A stretch of 64,000 bases of DNA from Lama glama (lineage: Eukaryota), in contig CM052840.1 in assembly GCA_028534125.1 (NCBI GenBank), positions 21,638,001 through 21,702,000 on the forward strand, read 5' to 3'. Position numbers and translations under genes: made by a program. Under the pieces are notes generated by a model. It had not been told where the DNA came from. It saw only the letters and a program-made list of their open reading frames with translations, and did no database searches. Positions 61,461 through 64,000 of this stretch are shown one piece after another (the first letter of the stretch is position 1; each line of letters opens with the position of its first letter).

Positions 61461-64000
61461 TCTGTGGAGGAGGATATTTTGTCACAGCAGAATCCAGGCA
61501 CAGACAGTAACCCTGGAACTAATTGCTATGGGAGGCTATTCTCATTCAAGGCAGATATTCTGGGTGAATTTAGGAGTTAGGTGATCAAGGTCAGCTTCAA
61601 AGCATGTAGGCTGTAGTGTGAAAGAGAGTGGGGCGTTGTGTGATACGGAGATACTATGATGTGGTGATCCTATGAGGGTGTATTCTGACCCCACAAGCTG
61701 GAGAGAACTCAGGACTCCCAGATATGCAAGTCTGTCCCAGCAGACACACACACGTAAGTATCAGGCCACCTTGGAATGCTATGAGTTCTTCGCCAGCCAC
61801 AAACTAGATGGCCAAGTCCCTGCTCTCAACAAGCTAGAATGTAAGAAAGCAAGAAGACTGTCCCAGCACAAAGAGTTCACAGGCCAGAGAACACTGTAGC
61901 ACCCAGGCTGATTTGCAGCTGACTAAGACGCAGGTATTGGTACGAGAGATTCTCATGCAAAATATTCCAAGGTCACTTGGTGTCACTCCCGTGATTACAG
62001 TTTCTGGCTGGGGCATGTTCTTTCAGAAAAGATAGCTTATTCTCGAGTTCAAATACTACAGCTGTTCCCTAATTGCACTGACTTACCCACCAGGAAATCC
62101 CCCTTCCCTCTAGGTTCCGTGTCCTCCTTGGTTTTGCTCCTGAAACTGGATTTAGAGTCAAATCCCCAGCTTCCCTTTCTCAGGAATGTAAGGAATTCAG
62201 ACCTATGGGAGAGATGAGAGGCCAAGATCACCAAGTTCCTGAGAACCAGAAGAAGATGCCAAAAACAGGGAAATGGCAGATATAAGATGTTAGCATATTA
62301 ATGCATTCTAGTTTTGGTCAAGATTGGGACCACTAGTAGGACCTGATTTTTTTTTTTTTACATGAAGTTTTCACACAGTAAATAATAGTTTACTCTATTG
62401 GTACCATATGAGGCCACTGTTCTCATTTTTTTTTTTAGCACCATCTAGTAGCATTTTTTTTAACATCATAAGTTTCATAGAATGAATTTTCAAATGAAAG
62501 TACCCCAGTTCTGTCTGACTTGTGCAAACATAGGATAGCTGGTCCTACCATCTCTTAGAAGTCGCTGGCAAGGTCATGCTGTTCCAGCACCAACTTCAAA
62601 GTATCCTTGCAACTTGCCTTCTGCTCCCACCATGTGGGGGTGACCCACTCAGCCTGGTACCATTGATTACCTGTAGGATGAAGTTGTGAAGCAAACAAGC
62701 CTTAATCAGAAGCACTGCCAATCTCTTCTTGAGCACCATTTTTTGTTCTAGAGTAACTATATTTAGTGTAAAAAAAATTTTTTTTTGCGTTTCTTCTCTG
62801 ATGACCTACATGTTTAGCCAATTGATTATACTTTGCATGAAAATCAGAGTGTTCTTATTCCAGTTTACTTTCTCTAGCAATGCAATGCAATCCAAAATCT
62901 ATTTCCCTGAATTAGGATGCATTTCATTCATCTTTTAAACATGAAATTGTAATGGTTCAAGGTTAATGATCTTTAAGATGTGTAGCTTACATGTGACTAC
63001 CTTATTTCAAAAATACTCCCCCAAATAATGATTATTTCTGGTTGTATGAAAGTGTGACTTGTTGAAATCTTCGTAAAATCGACTGAACTTTGCTTAGATT
63101 TATTCAACAACATAATTATCGAGTACCTTTACAAACGAAGTAATCGGGGTATTTCGGAATGAATTAGTGTAATTTGGAATTGAATTACAGATTACTTTAT
63201 TCTAATGCAAGGGAATGTGGTATCTATGAGAGATGCAGACAAGTATAAAGTACTAGGGAAGTTCAGGGGAGGGAGAAATTACTCCTGGCTAGGGTGCCAC
63301 CCCACTCTCTTCATCATCTTCCAAACCTAGCTTTGCTATATCTAGATCATCTCATTCATTAATTCTCTCTTCATTTGGTTGAACCTGTATCAAACTTACA
63401 ATGTGCCAAGCATCGTGCGAGATATTGAAGATGCAAAATGAGCATAGCATCCTTACCTCTTTTGCAGTGTTCAGTCTGATGGATCAGATAGTGATGTAAA
63501 CAGGTCATGATGGCACCGTGTTGTAAGGCCTATGCTAAGAGTATGTGCAAAAGCCCTTGAGACAAAGGAGAGAATAAATGTCCACCTCGTGCTGGGGGCA
63601 CGGCAGATGTATTAGCAAAATCTTAAGAAAGAAATTGGCATTTGCACTGAGCCTGGACAACTTGAAGGTCAAATAATACATAGTCGGTCAGGTGGACAAG
63701 AGAAAAAAGGAATTCAACAGAAGGAATTACAGGAGCAAAGTTATTGTATAAGCTATGTATTTGCATTTCAAAAGCAAGTCCTGTTGTCTTCAAATGTGTT
63801 TTGAAAATAATTTAAATGTCTTATTTATTTTTTAACACAGCCCTTGAACAAACTCTAAACTCAGAAAACGATTTACCTGGTCACAGACCATCAAGGAAAC
63901 AATCAAATTGTTAAAAGAAAAAGTTAAACCAAGAGTTTGACTGACACTTGTCTATTTAAAAATAACTATCATATATTTAAAGGATAAAACAGCCTTTATT

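Larger units (their letters stand above)
1..64000 (+). other. USH2A: Internal segment of the USH2A (usherin) transcription unit, from intron 27 to within intron 32 (human numbering)
   Basis: Five exons with GT-AG junctions (one acceptor hidden in a gap) splice in frame into a peptide I recognise as usherin (NLDGCLSTDSAVNCRGNDSILVY...LSWNPPKKANGIITQY). Introns seen: 2256-2378 (123 bp), 2460-5226, 5422-25700 (~20.3 kb), 25815-27770, and 27933 to beyond the window end. Confidence 0.97.

Noticed and set aside
61460-62000. GC-balanced stretch that might be a retrocopy or LTR
   Set aside because: I found no poly(A)/TSD, LTR termini or recognisable peptide, so no call can be supported.
1-64000. Prokaryote-style novel system (CRISPR array, operon, defence island, RT-associated array)
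   Set aside because: The sequence is mammalian intron/exon DNA; there is no regularly spaced repeat-spacer array, no gene-dense region and no long intact ORF.

Overview
Mammalian (eukaryotic) genomic DNA from a draft assembly with 12 N-gaps. The whole window lies inside USH2A (usherin) on the + strand. Five coding exons were recovered by reading splice sites and joining frames; they correspond to human exons 28 (5' part hidden in a gap), 29, 30, 31 and 32 and encode the end of the laminin-G region plus fibronectin type III repeats. The last ~36 kb is one intron, and no further exon was found. Two tRNA-derived SINEs of the vic-1 type and the young L1 3' ends point to a camelid (alpaca, llama or camel). 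The rest is intronic sequence with L1, L2, MIR, MER5 and MaLR/ERV LTR relics. Almost all ORFs in the supplied track are noise or L1 ORF2 debris. There is no CRISPR array, operon or new protein system here. The best candidates for something unusual are: (1) a TSD-flanked chimeric retro-insertion joining a truncated L1 to an unrelated polyadenylated ~260-nt sequence (42862-44256); (2) a head-to-head L1 pair with premature polyadenylation and a twin-priming inversion (11408-12082); (3) an old ~135-bp direct duplication (52480/55156); (4) a tandem repeat that creates three splice donors (52978-53009); and (5) a repeat-free intronic block with a hairpin and a perfect RFX X-box (32569-32928). Repeat subfamily names, boundaries of old repeats and all human comparisons come from recall and visual matching, not from searches.
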